64,000 nucleotides of DNA, from the NCBI GenBank assembly GCA_964512655.1, contig CAZEJT010000005.1, forward strand, positions 135,559-199,558, written 5' to 3'. Below the pieces are notes generated by a model that was given only the letters and a program-made list of their open reading frames with translations, was not told the DNA's origin and did not search any database. Both the position numbers and the translations under genes were made by a program. Origin of the DNA: an uncultured Chlorobiaceae bacterium. Its GTDB lineage: Bacteria > Bacteroidota > Ignavibacteria > UBA10030 > SZUA-254. This document shows positions 28,988 to 38,960 of this stretch, one piece after another; position 1 is the stretch's first letter; every line of letters begins with the position of its first letter.

Positions 28988-29410
28988 TTATTTCTTCGTC
29001 GCGATCTGCTTTCGAAGCTTATTCTCGTCTGCCCGGATCTTGCCTGTCGGGTCTACCGGGGCGAAATCCTCCGGTTCGAAAATCTGGCGGAGCTCAAGGG
29101 ATATACCGCCGCCGAACGGCGCGCGCTTCATCCAATCGATCGCTTCCTGCCTGGTCTTTGTCTGGATAATCCAGTACCCGGCGATCAGTTCTTTCGCCTC
29201 CACAAAGGGACCGTCGGTAACGGTAACTTTTCCCCCCTTGAATGTGAGCCGTGCGCCTTTCGAGGAAGGATGCAATCCCTCACCCGAAAGCATCACCCCT
29301 GCTTTTACCAGCTTCGCATTGAACTCTCCCATATCAGCAAGAATCTTCGCGTCGGGGAGTTTCCCTGACTCGGATTCTGCATTGGCGGGTACTATGACCA
29401 TGAATCGCAT
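28988..29410 (-). CDS. YciI-like (DGPF domain) protein
   Basis: The motifs TDGPFVEAKE and WMKRAPF are characteristic of the YCII-related/DGPF family. The protein is ~140 aa. Confidence 0.65.
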   Translation of the reverse strand: MRFMVIVPANAESESGKLPDAKILADMGEFNAKLVKAGVMLSGEGLHPSSKGARLTFKGGKVTVTDGPFVEAKELIAGYWIIQTKTRQEAIDWMKRAPFGGGISLELRQIFEPEDFAPVDPTGKIRADENKLRKQIATKK

Positions 29411-29619
29411 TGTTGTATCTCCTTTTTAGTTGTCAATTCGGCATTGTTTGGTTTCATAGAGTAGTCGTTTGGTGGGCGGCCGAATCGACATTCACCTGAA
29501 CTATTTTTCTTAGGCCATTTCATACTAAAAAACACATTTCCAGCGCGCGACGGTTCCCAAAGAAACGGTTTTGAAATATTCTTCCCCTCAGAACGTCCTT
29601 ACTAAAAAGGAGGTAGAAT

Positions 29620-29967
29620 ATGAGATCAAGAGTTGAGCTCAATCAGCAACTACGCGAGGGAATCCTGTCGTTACCCGGCGTCACCGAACGACCCCAAACC
29701 GGAATTCATGAAGACGCCTTCTTCATCGGCCGGACGATGTTCATGCACATCCATGGTTATGGACATTGCGATATACGTCTGCCGAAAGATGTACAGCAAC
29801 AGGTTCTTGCTGAAGGAAAGGCCCGGCCGCACCATTGGGCGCCGGAAGCTGGTTACGTGGTCTTCAATGTGAAGGAGGAGGAAGACCTGGCTACCGCAAT
29901 GGACCTGATCCAGATCTCATACAATCACTTTCTCGCTAAGGCTCAGGCGGTGGCAAGCGCGAATTAA
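29620..29967 (+). CDS. small conserved hypothetical protein (possibly luciferase-domain/DUF5519-like)
   Basis: An RBS (AAAGGAGG) is present. An LPGVTERP...IHGYGHCDIRLP pattern is loosely recalled from a small family of unknown function. Confidence 0.35.
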   Translation: MRSRVELNQQLREGILSLPGVTERPQTGIHEDAFFIGRTMFMHIHGYGHCDIRLPKDVQQQVLAEGKARPHHWAPEAGYVVFNVKEEEDLATAMDLIQISYNHFLAKAQAVASAN

Positions 29968-29979
29968 GCGAAGAGAGAA

Positions 29980-30276
29980 TTAGCCGCCGGCGATCGCCCC
30001 GATAACCATGAAAGGTTCCTTGCCCGAAGCAATGGCTTCGGGAAGGGCTGTGTCAGCCGGTTCAAGAGAGAGGTCCTCTTCGCACGCGAAGTAACGCAGG
30101 AAGGGGCGCCGCTGAAGGGTGACATGATCGCGGATAGTCCCCTTCAGCATTGGATATCGGGCCTCAATCGCGTCTAGCACAGCCTTCAGTGTGACAGGTC
30201 CTTCGACCGCCACCTCTACCTCAGTGCCGACATGGGCAAGATTCCGCAGGTGATATGGAAGCATCACTCTGATCAC
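29980..30276 (-). CDS. MoaD/ThiS-like ubiquitin-fold sulfur-carrier-type protein ending in Gly-Gly
   Basis: The 98-aa ORF ends ...IGAIAGG followed by the stop, the hallmark C-terminal diglycine of MoaD/ThiS/CysO-type proteins. Its start overlaps the upstream BNR-repeat gene stop by 4 bp. Confidence 0.5.
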   Translation of the reverse strand: MIRVMLPYHLRNLAHVGTEVEVAVEGPVTLKAVLDAIEARYPMLKGTIRDHVTLQRRPFLRYFACEEDLSLEPADTALPEAIASGKEPFMVIGAIAGG

Positions 30277-31460
30277 GGAATGACCTGCGCCTCAACCGAA
30301 AGAACTGCCGGAAGGTCACGTACAATCGGAGCCCAGTGATCGCCGTTATCTGCTGAGCAGTACACCTGGCCTCCTGTAGTCCCGAAATAGATCCCACATG
30401 GATCGAGAGTGTCAACCGACATTGCATCGCGGAAGACGTTCACGTAGCAGTCCTTCTGCGGAAGACCGTTCGTCAGCGCTTCCCATTCGTTCCCGCCCTT
30501 CTTGCTCCGGTAGACTCTCAGCTTTCCCTCCATTGGGTAATGCTCTGAATCGCTCTTGATCGGAACGACGTAGACTGTCTCAGGCTCGTTCGCGTTCACA
30601 TCGATCACGAATCCGAAGTCAGTTGGCAGGTTTCCGCTTACCTCTGTCCAGCTGTCACCCGCGTTGTCGGTCCGCAAGACGTCCCAGTGTTTCTGCATAT
30701 AGAGCGTGTCGGGTTTCGACGGATGCTGGGCTATGCGGTGAACACAATGCCCAACCTCAGCGTTCGGGTCGGGAATGTATTGTGATGTCAACCCCTTATT
30801 AATCGGCTTCCAGTTCTTACCACCGTCGTCCGAGCGAAACGCTCCTGCTGCGGAGATGGCAACGAAGATCCGTTTTGGGTTCTTATGATCAAGTACGATT
30901 GTATGCAGGCCCATGCCGCCGGCTCCGGGGGACCACTTTGGACCGGTCCCGTGCCCGCGCAGGCCGGAGAGTTCATTCCATGTTTTTCCACCGTCGGTGG
31001 TCTGGAACAGCGCCGCATCTTCAACGCCGGCATAGACCATATCCGGATCCTTCAACGACGGCTCGAGGTGCCACACGCGCTTGAATTCCCACGGATGCTG
31101 AGTCCCGTCATACCACTGGTGAGTGGTAAGCGGCTTGCCGGTCGCGGGGGAAACGTCATACACGAATTTGTTGCTCTCGCCCATCGGCATCCCCTGAGGC
31201 GTGGTTGTGGGTTCCCCCGGTTTCGTCCCGGGCTGAAACCAGGTCTTGCCGCCGTCGTCAGAGCGTTGGATGATTTGGCCGAACCATCCGCTTGTCTGTG
31301 ACGCATAGATCCTCTTCGGATCGGCAGGCGATCCCTTGACGTGGTACATCTCCCAACCGGCGAAGTGTGGACCATCCACTGCCCAATTCTGTCTCTTCGC
31401 GTCGGATGTCAGGATGAATGCCCCCTTGCGGGTGCCTGCTAATACACGCACTCGACTCAT
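30273..31460 (-). CDS. cytoplasmic BNR/Asp-box repeat beta-propeller protein (sialidase/Ycf48-like superfamily)
   Basis: Repeated S-x-D-x-G-x-T-W motifs are present ([37 protein letters not shown]). There is no signal peptide. Confidence 0.6.
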   Translation of the reverse strand: MSRVRVLAGTRKGAFILTSDAKRQNWAVDGPHFAGWEMYHVKGSPADPKRIYASQTSGWFGQIIQRSDDGGKTWFQPGTKPGEPTTTPQGMPMGESNKFVYDVSPATGKPLTTHQWYDGTQHPWEFKRVWHLEPSLKDPDMVYAGVEDAALFQTTDGGKTWNELSGLRGHGTGPKWSPGAGGMGLHTIVLDHKNPKRIFVAISAAGAFRSDDGGKNWKPINKGLTSQYIPDPNAEVGHCVHRIAQHPSKPDTLYMQKHWDVLRTDNAGDSWTEVSGNLPTDFGFVIDVNANEPETVYVVPIKSDSEHYPMEGKLRVYRSKKGGNEWEALTNGLPQKDCYVNVFRDAMSVDTLDPCGIYFGTTGGQVYCSADNGDHWAPIVRDLPAVLSVEAQVIP

Positions 31461-31736
31461 GATATTTCCTCCTTCACTTGATGAAGTTCCGTTTCAGAAA
31501 TGTCAAGATTGCCTGTTCTGGCGAAGGCGCCACCCGGCCCTCGCGCATGTACTTGGGGAAACTCGACCGGGTGGTGGAAAGTTCCGAAGATCACTTTCCG
31601 GCCGTAATATAATAGAATCTGGAATAATATGCGCCCGACCTGGCCGGGTGAAGGCAAATTTAGGCGGAAAATAGTATACTATACAGACCGTCCGCCCGCA
31701 CATTACCCTTGATCTCATATTGGGAAGGGTGTACGT

Positions 31737-32759
31737 ATGCAGAGATCCCTCGTTTTCCTTCTGCCCGCAATCGCCCTTTGGATTGCAGGTTGCAAACTAA
31801 ATTTCCCCCAGGAACCCGCCCCCCTAGATGATCGGCAGGCTTTGCTTCAGATTGTCACTTCAATTGATTCGATCACTCAGTTTCTTGCCTCCGACGAGGC
31901 AACCATCGACGATGGGGGCTTGCAGTTGGTCGGCGCAGGAGGGAACGCTCTGCCGGAGGCCGTGAGGTCCGAGCTTGACAGACAGAGTCCGTTCGGTACG
32001 ACAGCGGACTCAGTCGTCGAGTGGGGGCGGTTTGTCTTCCGCAATCAGATCACACGCGGATACACCGTGGCGTTTTCGGACGATACGCTCGGTTTCGTCG
32101 CCGTCACAAGGTACATACCGTGCGACTTCCTCGTGGCGTGGGGGATCCATCAATTTCATCCAGTCGATACGGTCCTTGTCGATACGATTATCCACAAACC
32201 TTTCACCGAGGTATCAAAACGCATAGTGAGGTTCAGACGAATCTCGGTCAGCAACCAGCCCTTGTACAATTGGGTGGTCGACGCAATCACCTTTGTAATT
32301 TCCAAGACCGCGGGATCCATTACCTTTGGTATAGATACGCTGAGCTTGAGCGATCCTCAGCAGGGTTTTGATACGGCTCATACGATGCCTCTCCAAACCT
32401 GGTTCCGCTTTGGCAGCGATCGGGAATCGATACCGGTCTTCCGTGCCGGGGACTCGGTGACAGTGAGATTGACCGTCTCCGGAACCGACTCTCTGCCCGA
32501 GATCGTCACCCTGCATTACGGCATCGCGGGAGTGGGGGCCCTCCCCTTCCGCGCAAGGATGTTCCTAGTCAGCGAAACTGGAACCGCGGGAAATCATACG
32601 AGAACTTTTCAGCGCAGATTCGGGGCCCAGCTTCCCGACAGCGTTACCCTTGGACGGTTCACTGCACTTACTGATGTCTTTCCAAGAAGGTGTATATACA
32701 GTAAGATGGCTCCCTTCGAGAACGAATTCTGGGGGATGCCGTACATCGCGGTCCATTAG
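31737..32759 (+). CDS. hypothetical lipoprotein
   Basis: A lipobox-like N-terminus is present (MQRSLVFLLPAIALWIAGC). No motif is recognised. Confidence 0.5.
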   Translation: MQRSLVFLLPAIALWIAGCKLNFPQEPAPLDDRQALLQIVTSIDSITQFLASDEATIDDGGLQLVGAGGNALPEAVRSELDRQSPFGTTADSVVEWGRFVFRNQITRGYTVAFSDDTLGFVAVTRYIPCDFLVAWGIHQFHPVDTVLVDTIIHKPFTEVSKRIVRFRRISVSNQPLYNWVVDAITFVISKTAGSITFGIDTLSLSDPQQGFDTAHTMPLQTWFRFGSDRESIPVFRAGDSVTVRLTVSGTDSLPEIVTLHYGIAGVGALPFRARMFLVSETGTAGNHTRTFQRRFGAQLPDSVTLGRFTALTDVFPRRCIYSKMAPFENEFWGMPYIAVH

Positions 32760-32912
32760 GACCGGGCTCGAAATTCCGCACTTCCCATGCTCCGAAGGCT
32801 TTGTGAGGGCTGAATGGGGGTCGGGATGCTTTGAGACGACCCCCATTCACATTTTTTGGCGATATCAATCGCGGACTGTCACACGCGAGGTGATCGTCCG
32901 TAGACTAGACAA

Positions 32913-33860
32913 TTGATTATGCCCTACCTCCTCCTTTTTGCGATCGTAGCCATGTCGGTGTGGCTGGTATCTCTCATCGTAGAGGCTCTGCGTCCCGTTC
33001 CGGAGACTCCCGCGACTTTGCGGTGGGCGCCCGATATCCGAATTCAGTATGTAGATCTGAACGGGTATCGGCTTCGCTACATCAAAGCGGGGCAGGGGCC
33101 GAATCTTGTCCTGCTTCACACTCTGCGTACTCAACTTGATCTTTTCGAGAAAGTCGTCCCGGACCTCGCTAAACACTTCACGGTGTATGCGCTAGACTAC
33201 CCCGGGCACGGATTCTCCGATATTCCCAAAGCATCGTATGACGCAGACTTTTTCGTCAATGCGGTTGAACAATTCCTGGGTGCCCTCCGCCTTCAAGAGG
33301 TGACGCTGGCTGGCGTTTCGATCGGCGCATCAATTTCCCTGCTCATTGCTGCACGGCACAATATAAGGGTGACCCGGGCTGTCGCAATAAATCTGTACGA
33401 TTATGACAAGGGCCGGGGTCTTGCCCGCAGCTCATTGGGTGGACGAATCACCGTGGGTCTATCGGGCATCCCCATCGTCGCGGAGACGTTTACCAGATTG
33501 CGAAGCTATTTGATCGTTAAGCCAGTATTGGATGGCGGCGTTGCCGATCCCAGGAATTTCCCTTCCGACCTGAAGAAAGAAATTTATATCGCGGGCAACC
33601 GTCCCGGACAATATCGGGGATTCATACAGTTGTTGCGCAATGCCGAAAGCTTCGAGGAGGCTTCGCATGAGTACGAACGAATCAAGATACCGGTGATGGT
33701 GATCTGGGGAGACCGGGATTGGTCAAAGACCGAGGAACGCGACGATGACAACCGGCTCGTTCCGAGCAAACGGGTAATAACCCTCAAACATGCCGGACAC
33801 TTCCTGCCGCTCGACCAGCCCGAAGCGCTCATCAGGGAGATTAGAGCATTTGCCGGATGA
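32913..33860 (+). CDS. alpha/beta-fold hydrolase
   Basis: An HGF-type oxyanion region (DYPGHGFSD), the nucleophile elbow GVSIGA, and a C-terminal LKHAGHF catalytic His context are present. Confidence 0.7.
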   Translation: MIMPYLLLFAIVAMSVWLVSLIVEALRPVPETPATLRWAPDIRIQYVDLNGYRLRYIKAGQGPNLVLLHTLRTQLDLFEKVVPDLAKHFTVYALDYPGHGFSDIPKASYDADFFVNAVEQFLGALRLQEVTLAGVSIGASISLLIAARHNIRVTRAVAINLYDYDKGRGLARSSLGGRITVGLSGIPIVAETFTRLRSYLIVKPVLDGGVADPRNFPSDLKKEIYIAGNRPGQYRGFIQLLRNAESFEEASHEYERIKIPVMVIWGDRDWSKTEERDDDNRLVPSKRVITLKHAGHFLPLDQPEALIREIRAFAG

Positions 33861-33873
33861 TCCTCTGTCTGGA

Positions 33874-34725
33874 CTATCTGAAATTTTTCACTGAATCCGG
33901 TTCGTCAAACGGGTATCGCGCAAATCCTCTTAATTCGAGCCGATTCTGATCTGTGATCGGCAGGAATTCCTTATCCGAAGTCGATGTAGCAGCGCCGATC
34001 AGCGCGCCGCTGGCCATACCTATCCCAAGGCCCACAAGCATGAAGAGCCCATCCTCCGCTGGCTGTATGACAACTTGGAGCGCATCAGCTACTTTGCCTC
34101 CCGTCGAGTGGCGACTGCTGATAGAAAATGCGTAGCCGAGACCACATCCAAGAGCGCCCCCCACTCCCATTCCCGTCACCACATGAGAATGTCCTTCGAT
34201 CACCACCTTATCGATCTCTGCATCTCTCAACACAATGATACTACCTACCGGCATCACATCTTTTTGAAGATGTTGACTGCCTTTCGGTGATATCACGATC
34301 GTAGTTTCCCTGACGGCAAGTAGGGTTCCCTCGAGCTTTCCCCCGCGATGAAGCTCGATCGTAACGTTAGCACCTCTGTCGCCCGAACTCGTCCCTCGGG
34401 CAGCATCGAGTTGCTTGAGATAATCCCTAACAGAGCCCAATGTGCCGTAGTATTTGATGAGTGAATCGCGCCCTCTACTCCCTTCACCAAAAACCACTCT
34501 TGCACTTAACGAGCCGTTCGGATTCAGATAGAACACCGCCCATCGAAAGTTTTTGACTGTCGGGAACAGGTGAAAATACTCTCGCTTAGCTCCATCAATC
34601 GTGTCGCCGATCAATGGGCTTATTTGAAACGGTTTTCGCTGTTCATCCCGCATCTGCGCGATGCACGCGCAGCAGAATACGAGAATGAGGATGACAACAA
34701 GTTGCAGGTGGTTTCCAGTTTTCAT
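33874..34725 (-). CDS. hypothetical lipoprotein with C-terminal glycine-zipper segment
   Basis: A signal/lipobox (MKTGNHLQLVVILILVFCCAC) is present. A Gly-rich hydrophobic segment (GMGVGGALGCGLGYAF...GLGIGMASGALIGAA) resembles a glycine-zipper motif. Confidence 0.45.
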   Translation of the reverse strand: MKTGNHLQLVVILILVFCCACIAQMRDEQRKPFQISPLIGDTIDGAKREYFHLFPTVKNFRWAVFYLNPNGSLSARVVFGEGSRGRDSLIKYYGTLGSVRDYLKQLDAARGTSSGDRGANVTIELHRGGKLEGTLLAVRETTIVISPKGSQHLQKDVMPVGSIIVLRDAEIDKVVIEGHSHVVTGMGVGGALGCGLGYAFSISSRHSTGGKVADALQVVIQPAEDGLFMLVGLGIGMASGALIGAATSTSDKEFLPITDQNRLELRGFARYPFDEPDSVKNFR

Positions 34726-34943
34726 TGTTTCTCCCCTTGCTTGTCGGTAAGGTCTTTCGTTCAAAATATCTCACCGCCCCACGGGAGTTGTCAAGGATTC
34801 GTCAAAGAGGTGCAACATGATAGTAAAGAATGGATTGGCCAACTATCGACACAGGTGAATCGCCTGGGAGTGTTGACATTTGGCAATCCGTTCACCATAC
34901 TGCGTTACCTCATGTGCAAAATTTTGCAATGTGCGGCAGATAG

Positions 34944-37649
34944 ATGATCGGCGAGACAGTATCTCACTATAAGATATTGGAGAAGCTCGGCGAAGGAGGC
35001 ATGGGCGTGGTGTACAAGGCCGAAGACACCAAGCTCAAGCGAAACGTCGCCCTGAAATTTCTCACGGCACATCTCTCGGCATCCGAACATGACAAGGCGC
35101 GTTTCGTCCAGGAAGCTCAGGCCGCCTCCGCTCTGAATCATCCCAATGTCTGCACAATCCACGACATCCAGGAACACGACGGCCAGATGTTCATCGTCAT
35201 GGAGTTCGTGGAGGGGCAGACGCTCAGGGAAAAGCGGGGGACCATTTCCTATAAACAAGCAATCGACATCGGGATCCAGATCGCCGAAGGTCTGGCGGCA
35301 GCGCACGAAAAAGGCATCGTGCATCGGGACATCAAACCCGAGAATATCATGATCCGCAAGGATGGGATTACACAGATCATGGATTTCGGTCTGGCAAAAC
35401 TCAGGGCGAGCGGAAGCAAGATCACGCGATTGACCAAGGAGGGGAGCACAGTCGGGACCGCGGGCTACATGTCTCCCGAGCAGGTACAGGGACAGGACAC
35501 CGATCATCGGTCGGACATCTTCGCGTATGGAGTCCTCCTCTACGAATTGCTGACCGGCCAGCAGCCGTTCAAAGGCGTTCATGAAACGGCTCTCGCGTAT
35601 GAAATCGTCAACGTCGATGCTCCGCCGATGTCGTCCATCAAACAGGAGATCGACCCCGCACTTGATGTTATCGTACTCGGGTGTCTTGAGAAGGACCCAC
35701 GGGAACGCACACAATCGATGGCGCAGACGGCGCTCGATCTGAAACGGTTCCGGCGCGAGTCGAGCAAACAGCGATTAAGCCGGTCGATGCCAGCTCGGCC
35801 TGCGTACACGGTTTCAGGGACAGGGCAACCTGTTGAATTGCCTGAACCCGTGAAAGCAAGATCATCCAAGCGCGAATTGATTGCGTGGAGCCTTGCGGGT
35901 ATTCTTTTCGCAGCGGTCTTGTACCTCATGCTCCGGCCTTCACCACCGCCCTCCGTCGCGAAATCGCTGATTCGATCATCTGTCATCACTCCTGATAGCA
36001 TTTATATCCATTCATTCGGCGCCGGTCTCGGCCCGCCGGTGATATCCCCAGACGGCCGAAGGATTGCTTTCATCGGAGTCACGCCGGATGGGTCAAAAAG
36101 AATCTACGTTCATTCGCTTGAGGAATCTGAGACCCGCGCTCTCCCGGGAACGGAAGGCGCGGGGGAACCTTTTTGGTCGCCCGACGGGAAAATGGTGGGG
36201 TTCCTCTCCAACGGGAAGCTGAAAAAGATCGACCTGGTCGGGGGATCACCGATATCGATCTGTGATGATCCGAATCCGCGGGGCGGAACGTGGAACCGGG
36301 ACGGAACAATCGTGTTTGCGCCCGACTTCCAATCGGGACTGTATCGGGTTTCAGCCGATGGCAAGGGAGCCCCTGAGCAGATCACTTCACTCGATTCGAC
36401 GCGACATGAGGGCTCTCATCGGTGGCCGTTCTTCCTCCCCGACGGTAAGCATTTCCTCTACATGGTTCGCACAGCCTCCGAAACTGGCCAAGCGGAGGGT
36501 GATGCTGTTTTCGTTGCGGCCCTCGACGGAAGCATGAAAAAGATGCTTGTTCAATCCTCTTTTAACGCTTCGTTCGCGAATGGGTATCTTCTCTTTGCCC
36601 GGAGTTCAGTTCTGCTCGCACAGAAGTTTGATCCTGAGGCCCTCTCACTTGAGGGCGATCCGATCAAACTGCAGGAGGGATTGCTGACTGACGTATCGTA
36701 CAACATGGCCGTCTTTACCGTTTCACAAACTGGCGCTCTGCTGTATGAAACAGGGCAGGCGGAAGCAGGAGCACGGCCGCTCTTTGTCGACCGGACCGGG
36801 AAAGTCATGCGAACCATTGAGGATCGCAATGAACAGGATCAGCCCCGATTCTCCCCTGATGGGAAGCAGGTCGCGCTGTATCTCTATGATACGAAGACTC
36901 GGCGGAGCAATATATGGACTTACGACCTTCGGACAGGAAGCCGGAGGCGACTCACAACAGGCGCTGCGGGGGACTTTTTGCCGTGCTGGTCAGCCGACGG
37001 AAGCCAAATATACTATACCTCGGGCGATCGAACCGCCCGGCATCTCTACGAGATCCCGGTGACACATGCCACGGGTGAGAGGAACGTTCTCAGCATGTCA
37101 TCGCAGGACATTGTGCTTGATTGCTCTCCCGACGGAAAAACACTCCTCGTAGGAACCAACAATACTTCGCTTACTGCCGGAGACTTGTGGCTGCTTCCAG
37201 CGAGCGGAAATGCAAGCAAACCGGTGCCCTTTCAGCAAACGAACTTCAATGAATCCTGGGGCCGGATATCGCGGGATGGCAAATGGGTTGCCTTCGTATC
37301 CGACGAAAGCGGTGACGACGAAGTCTATTTGAAACCCCTTTCCTCACCGGCATCCGAGGCCTGGAAAGTCTCGAACGGTGGCGGGGAAAACCCCCTCTGG
37401 GGACCTAACTCAAATGAACTAATCTATGCAAACGCCAGGGGAGTAGTTGTTTCCGCAACCCTTCGGTTCAGTGGCAATTCCGGGGAGGTCGTGAGTGTGA
37501 AGCCCTTGTTCGCTCCTCCCCCATTTTCCTCGAGCTACGATATTTCTCCGGACGGTAAGACCTTCATCATCACGAGAAATCTTGAGATGCAAAAATTCCC
37601 GCCGCTCTCTCTCGTGATGAACTGGGATGAGGCAATAAAGAAAAAGTAG
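34944..37649 (+). CDS. Ser/Thr protein kinase fused to TM helix and TolB-like (PD40/WD40-like) beta-propeller domain
   Basis: N-terminal Hanks motifs (GEGGMGVVYKA, VALK, HRDIKPENIMI, DFGLAK) are followed by a TM helix (IAWSLAGILFAAVLYLML). The C-terminal ~560 aa carry PD40-like repeats (ISPDGRRIAF, WSPDGKMVGF, FSPDGKQVAL, CSPDGKTLLV, ISRDGKWVAF). Confidence 0.8.
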   Translation: MIGETVSHYKILEKLGEGGMGVVYKAEDTKLKRNVALKFLTAHLSASEHDKARFVQEAQAASALNHPNVCTIHDIQEHDGQMFIVMEFVEGQTLREKRGTISYKQAIDIGIQIAEGLAAAHEKGIVHRDIKPENIMIRKDGITQIMDFGLAKLRASGSKITRLTKEGSTVGTAGYMSPEQVQGQDTDHRSDIFAYGVLLYELLTGQQPFKGVHETALAYEIVNVDAPPMSSIKQEIDPALDVIVLGCLEKDPRERTQSMAQTALDLKRFRRESSKQRLSRSMPARPAYTVSGTGQPVELPEPVKARSSKRELIAWSLAGILFAAVLYLMLRPSPPPSVAKSLIRSSVITPDSIYIHSFGAGLGPPVISPDGRRIAFIGVTPDGSKRIYVHSLEESETRALPGTEGAGEPFWSPDGKMVGFLSNGKLKKIDLVGGSPISICDDPNPRGGTWNRDGTIVFAPDFQSGLYRVSADGKGAPEQITSLDSTRHEGSHRWPFFLPDGKHFLYMVRTASETGQAEGDAVFVAALDGSMKKMLVQSSFNASFANGYLLFARSSVLLAQKFDPEALSLEGDPIKLQEGLLTDVSYNMAVFTVSQTGALLYETGQAEAGARPLFVDRTGKVMRTIEDRNEQDQPRFSPDGKQVALYLYDTKTRRSNIWTYDLRTGSRRRLTTGAAGDFLPCWSADGSQIYYTSGDRTARHLYEIPVTHATGERNVLSMSSQDIVLDCSPDGKTLLVGTNNTSLTAGDLWLLPASGNASKPVPFQQTNFNESWGRISRDGKWVAFVSDESGDDEVYLKPLSSPASEAWKVSNGGGENPLWGPNSNELIYANARGVVVSATLRFSGNSGEVVSVKPLFAPPPFSSSYDISPDGKTFIITRNLEMQKFPPLSLVMNWDEAIKKK

Positions 37650-37700
37650 GCGCTGACGGTAGGCGTTGACGGTAGGTGCCGGTTTTAGCCGGCGCGTTAT
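37650..37700. terminator. possible terminator region between convergent genes (tandem TGACGGTAGG repeat plus GC hairpin GCCGG-TTTTAG-CCGGC)
   Basis: Reading the + strand directly: TGACGGTAGGCGTTGACGGTAGG is followed by a 5-bp GC stem-loop. No clear U-tract follows. Confidence 0.25.
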
Positions 37701-37743
37701 TCGTGGAATCTCGCTCCTCTAGCCGCGGACTTCCCACATCCGT

Positions 37744-38346
37744 TCAAGAACGCTTGCCCTTCCGCGGAGCCTTTCGGTAAGTGCCGGCTTCATCCCGCAT
37801 GGCCGCCGATTCCATTCTCATCAGGTCAAGGATCTTCGTGACGGTCGAAAATGCCCTGGTCGTCGCTAAGACTCCAAACTCCTTCTCGATGAGGTCATTC
37901 GGATAACCTGGGTACCCATTCGGCTTGCGCCAGCTCGCGGCATAGATGTCGCGGTCGGCCATCCCGATGACCTCAACGCCCTCCTTCTCCGACCGAAGCG
38001 GCAATTTGGGTTTTTGCCGCATTCGTCGATCCACGAATACCACCAGGGATTTCGCCTCTGGATGTGACTTATATCCCCTGTACGGCGGATCCTCCGTCAA
38101 GCTCTCAAGCTCTGGAAGAGTCCTGAACATGACCGTCGGCTCTCTCCCGATCAGATCGCGGAGTTTGCTGAGAACCTTCTTCTGAATTGTTGCCGAGTTC
38201 GCTTCGAAGATGACATTGCCGCTCGCGATGAACGTGCGCACGTTGTCGCAACCGGCAGATACAAACGCAGCTTTGAGGTCATCCATCTTGACCACGGCGT
38301 GCCCGCCTACGTTTATCGCACGAATGAAAGCGACGAACTGGCTCAT
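37744..38346 (-). CDS. DUF1697-family protein
   Basis: The N-terminus MSQFVAFIRAINVGGHAVVKMDDLKAAF matches the DUF1697 signature as I recall it. The protein is ~200 aa. Confidence 0.55.
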   Translation of the reverse strand: MSQFVAFIRAINVGGHAVVKMDDLKAAFVSAGCDNVRTFIASGNVIFEANSATIQKKVLSKLRDLIGREPTVMFRTLPELESLTEDPPYRGYKSHPEAKSLVVFVDRRMRQKPKLPLRSEKEGVEVIGMADRDIYAASWRKPNGYPGYPNDLIEKEFGVLATTRAFSTVTKILDLMRMESAAMRDEAGTYRKAPRKGKRS

Positions 38347-38445
38347 TCCAACTCACCGGCGTAAGGCGATTCCAGGGCTCCCGCCACCTACACCTCCTCT
38401 GGCGCCCCGTTCAGCTTCTTGATATCTGCGATCAGGCCTTTTCGC

Positions 38446-38730
38446 TCAACTCGATGCTTTATGCTTCTGACGCATCTGATCGACCATCTCGAGGGTAAAA
38501 GAATTCAGCTTTATCACCTTTGCATGGGGTCGTAAAGCAGCAGGAAGCACTCCTCTTGCCTGATCTTTGCTGTCCGCTTCGATGATGACCCATGCTCTAT
38601 GATCGCCGTCCATGCACCCCCAATCGGCTCGTGTCAGAAAGTGCGAGCCGCTGTTTAGTAAGAGGTCAGCGGCCAGAATACACGCCTCCGCGCTATCCTC
38701 GTGCTCCACTTCGAGCAGGTATTTTGCCAT
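38446..38730 (-). CDS. small hypothetical protein (94 aa)
   Basis: ORF with plausible codon usage and no recognised motif. Confidence 0.35.
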   Translation of the reverse strand: MAKYLLEVEHEDSAEACILAADLLLNSGSHFLTRADWGCMDGDHRAWVIIEADSKDQARGVLPAALRPHAKVIKLNSFTLEMVDQMRQKHKASS

Positions 38731-38960
38731 TGGTTGGTTCTCCTCTCATCCGTTTATTTGAGAGAGTATACACATTTGAGAACCATTTCCCAAGCGACGT
38801 CCTCGGTCCGTCGAACGTGCCAAGTCCGATCCAAGTCTTCACATTTTCTTCGCACTGGACGCCACTTGTGCTAAATGTCTACCTCAATACTCAACTGGGG
38901 TGTCTCCAATAGGGGACTAACTCCAAATGGTTTCGCGTGCCGTAAATAGCGTCCACCGTT

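Noticed and set aside
34905-35714. 269-aa minus-strand ORF overlapping the N-terminal kinase domain of the kinase-TolB gene
   Set aside because: It is antisense to unmistakable Hanks-kinase motifs and is therefore spurious. The same reasoning applies to 13388-14023, 14051-14635 and 16722-17309, which are antisense within the GH63 and GDE genes.
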